DNA of 64,000 bases, taken from contig CM035350.1 of assembly GCA_020137815.1 (NCBI GenBank), positions 7,440,001 through 7,504,000 of the forward strand, given 5' to 3'. Below the pieces are notes generated by a model. The model was given only the letters and a program-made list of their open reading frames with translations. It did not search any database and had not been told where the DNA came from. Below are positions 62,301-64,000 of this stretch, in pieces (position 1 is the first letter of the stretch; each line of letters opens with the position of its first letter). Both the position numbers and the translations under genes were made by a program. The stretch is from Hormiphora californensis. Lineage: Eukaryota; Animalia; Ctenophora.

Positions 62301-64000
62301 AAAACAAAACCAAAAATTTTTCTTATTATGACCCTTCTTCATTTCCACCCCAATTTTTGAGGAAAAAGGGTCAGGGGGAAACAACTCTCGGGTGGAGAAT
62401 AACTTAACGAGAGCATTGTCGGGAAATTCACTACATGGAAATATAAAGAAGCAGTAAACAAAAAATCAAAATCTTATTAAAAGGGCACGTGACTGGTTAC
62501 AGCCAATCAGGGACCAGATTTTCCCGATTCGGCGGTTCCGGGAACTGTGGAAATAAAAAAAGTAGTAAATAGTTGATTGAAACGAGAATGTGCCAAAAAA
62601 CGAATGTTGAGCCCACTCGGGGCACCCCGATTTTAAAAGTGTATCACTGCCCTTTGGGCCGGGAAAGGTGGACTTCAGGCCAGAAAAAAACGTACACAAA
62701 ACGAATAGAGGGGGGTTATTAGGACTGAGTGTGACCGGTTGTGCCCGCAATTCAAATTGGGGCAAAACACAGTGAACCAAAAGTAAAAGTACGTATCGAA
62801 GGGTTGCAGAAAGCTTTCCAAGACCAAAAAAAACAGGTTTGTCAAAACTCATCCAATTTAAAACAATCGGGTTTTGGGGCGGACAAAAAGGGGGAATTTA
62901 AAACTTAGACCCCCCGGTGGGTTTATCTTCTCAAGGTAGCGTCCATGGATTCAAAAAGGGGAATGGAACCATAGTGGCAGGGTTCTTCCCGCACTTTAAG
63001 AACCTCTCTCCTAATTTAACAGGAGGTGGGAAAAGGGCGGATAAATCCCATCGCTTGTTCGTACTGTCAGTCACGTTTTGGGCTCATACGTATGAGAAAG
63101 TCATTAGGGCGGGTTTTGAATTTGTTTTTAATAGGGCACGGCTTTTGTAACTTAGAACTTGCTACTTATCGAGATTCAATTATAATAAAATGGTATGACA
63201 AAGAGGCAAGAATAAACAATAAATGAAAATATTATTTTTCTCAAAATTGAAGGGGAGGTAAAAATGTTTTGGAAAGGCTTTCCTGTAAGTAAAAAAAACA
63301 AGTAGAGATTTTAAAAATTTCGCCCCCCCTCTTTCTTCTCTCTTTCCTCTTCTCTGCCTGATCTACGGACCTCACTTTTAAAAGTTGGGGAGTTTAAAGA
63401 AAAGATGAACATATTCACTTTCTTTAACAAAGAATGTGGTCCCTTTGGGGAGGGGGGACGACAAAGGCCCCCAATTTTTAAAGACGATAGTTTCAATAAT
63501 ATTTAGGATAGGGGGGGGAGGGGAGGAGAGGGAAGAGGGAGAAAAAGGGAGAAAAAAGAAAAACTAGGGAAGGAGAAAAAGAAAAGGCGGCTGTACATTG
63601 GGTGCTAGGGTTTTTAGAGGAAGCTAGTTAGTGAGATCAATTCAATTTCTAGGTCTATCGTCCCCGGCCTTTCCAGAACCAGGACGCATGTGGGCCCCTG
63701 AGAAAGGAGACAGACAAAGAAATTTTTTAGGCAGGGAAATCCGATAAACAGAAGTTTTTGGGGAGTACTCCCATAAGAGGAACCCGTGTATTTTTAGACT
63801 GAACGTTGAACAAAAATTTTGGGAAAGGTTTAAAAGGTAATGAGTAATCCCAAAAATTACAAAGACAAAAATGACAAATGAGAAATTTGTTGTTCCAGGC
63901 ACCCTTTTTAAGAGGTTCGGAGAATGTAAACCGAAAAGTACTCAATACAGTATACGTAAGTTGGGGTAACTTTGTTTTGCAGGGTAACTTTGGACACTTT
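59350..64000. other. Low-quality, homopolymer-inflated sequence
   Basis: Pervasive long A/T/G/C runs, ORFs made mostly of F, K, P and G, and a garbled copy of the 34702 MITE. Confidence 0.8.

Noticed and set aside
59357-63945. Numerous F/K/P/G-rich ORFs
   Set aside because: Products of homopolymer runs in low-quality sequence.

Overview
Eukaryotic (animal) genomic DNA with spliceosomal introns, many (CT)n microsatellites and dense MITE insertions. A 109-bp repeat at 34702-34810 resembles one I recall from the ctenophore Pleurobrachia, so a ctenophore source is likely but unverified. Host genes: an amidase-signature FAAH-like gene, NPEPL1, a ~32-kb phospholipase C gamma gene on the minus strand, Rab5 and two head-to-head ERp44 paralogues. 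The main finding is an 8.8-kb Polinton/Maverick-like element (13580-22391) with AGTAGT...ACTACT ends, ~430-bp near-identical TIRs and a perfect 6-bp TSD (CACGCT). It encodes integrase, packaging ATPase, adenain protease, major and minor capsid proteins, a QxGxG core-like protein, a zinc-finger/coiled-coil protein and a type I membrane protein, but no protein-primed DNA polymerase or helicase. It lies in a MITE inside the last PLC-gamma intron, and its penton gene is split by a 1.3-kb retroposon. PLC-gamma also hosts an antisense nested F-type lectin gene and three minisatellites whose units each span one of its splice junctions. Segments ~16350-17150, ~24500-24800 and ~59350-64000 look like error-rich consensus sequence, so frameshifts should be treated cautiously.
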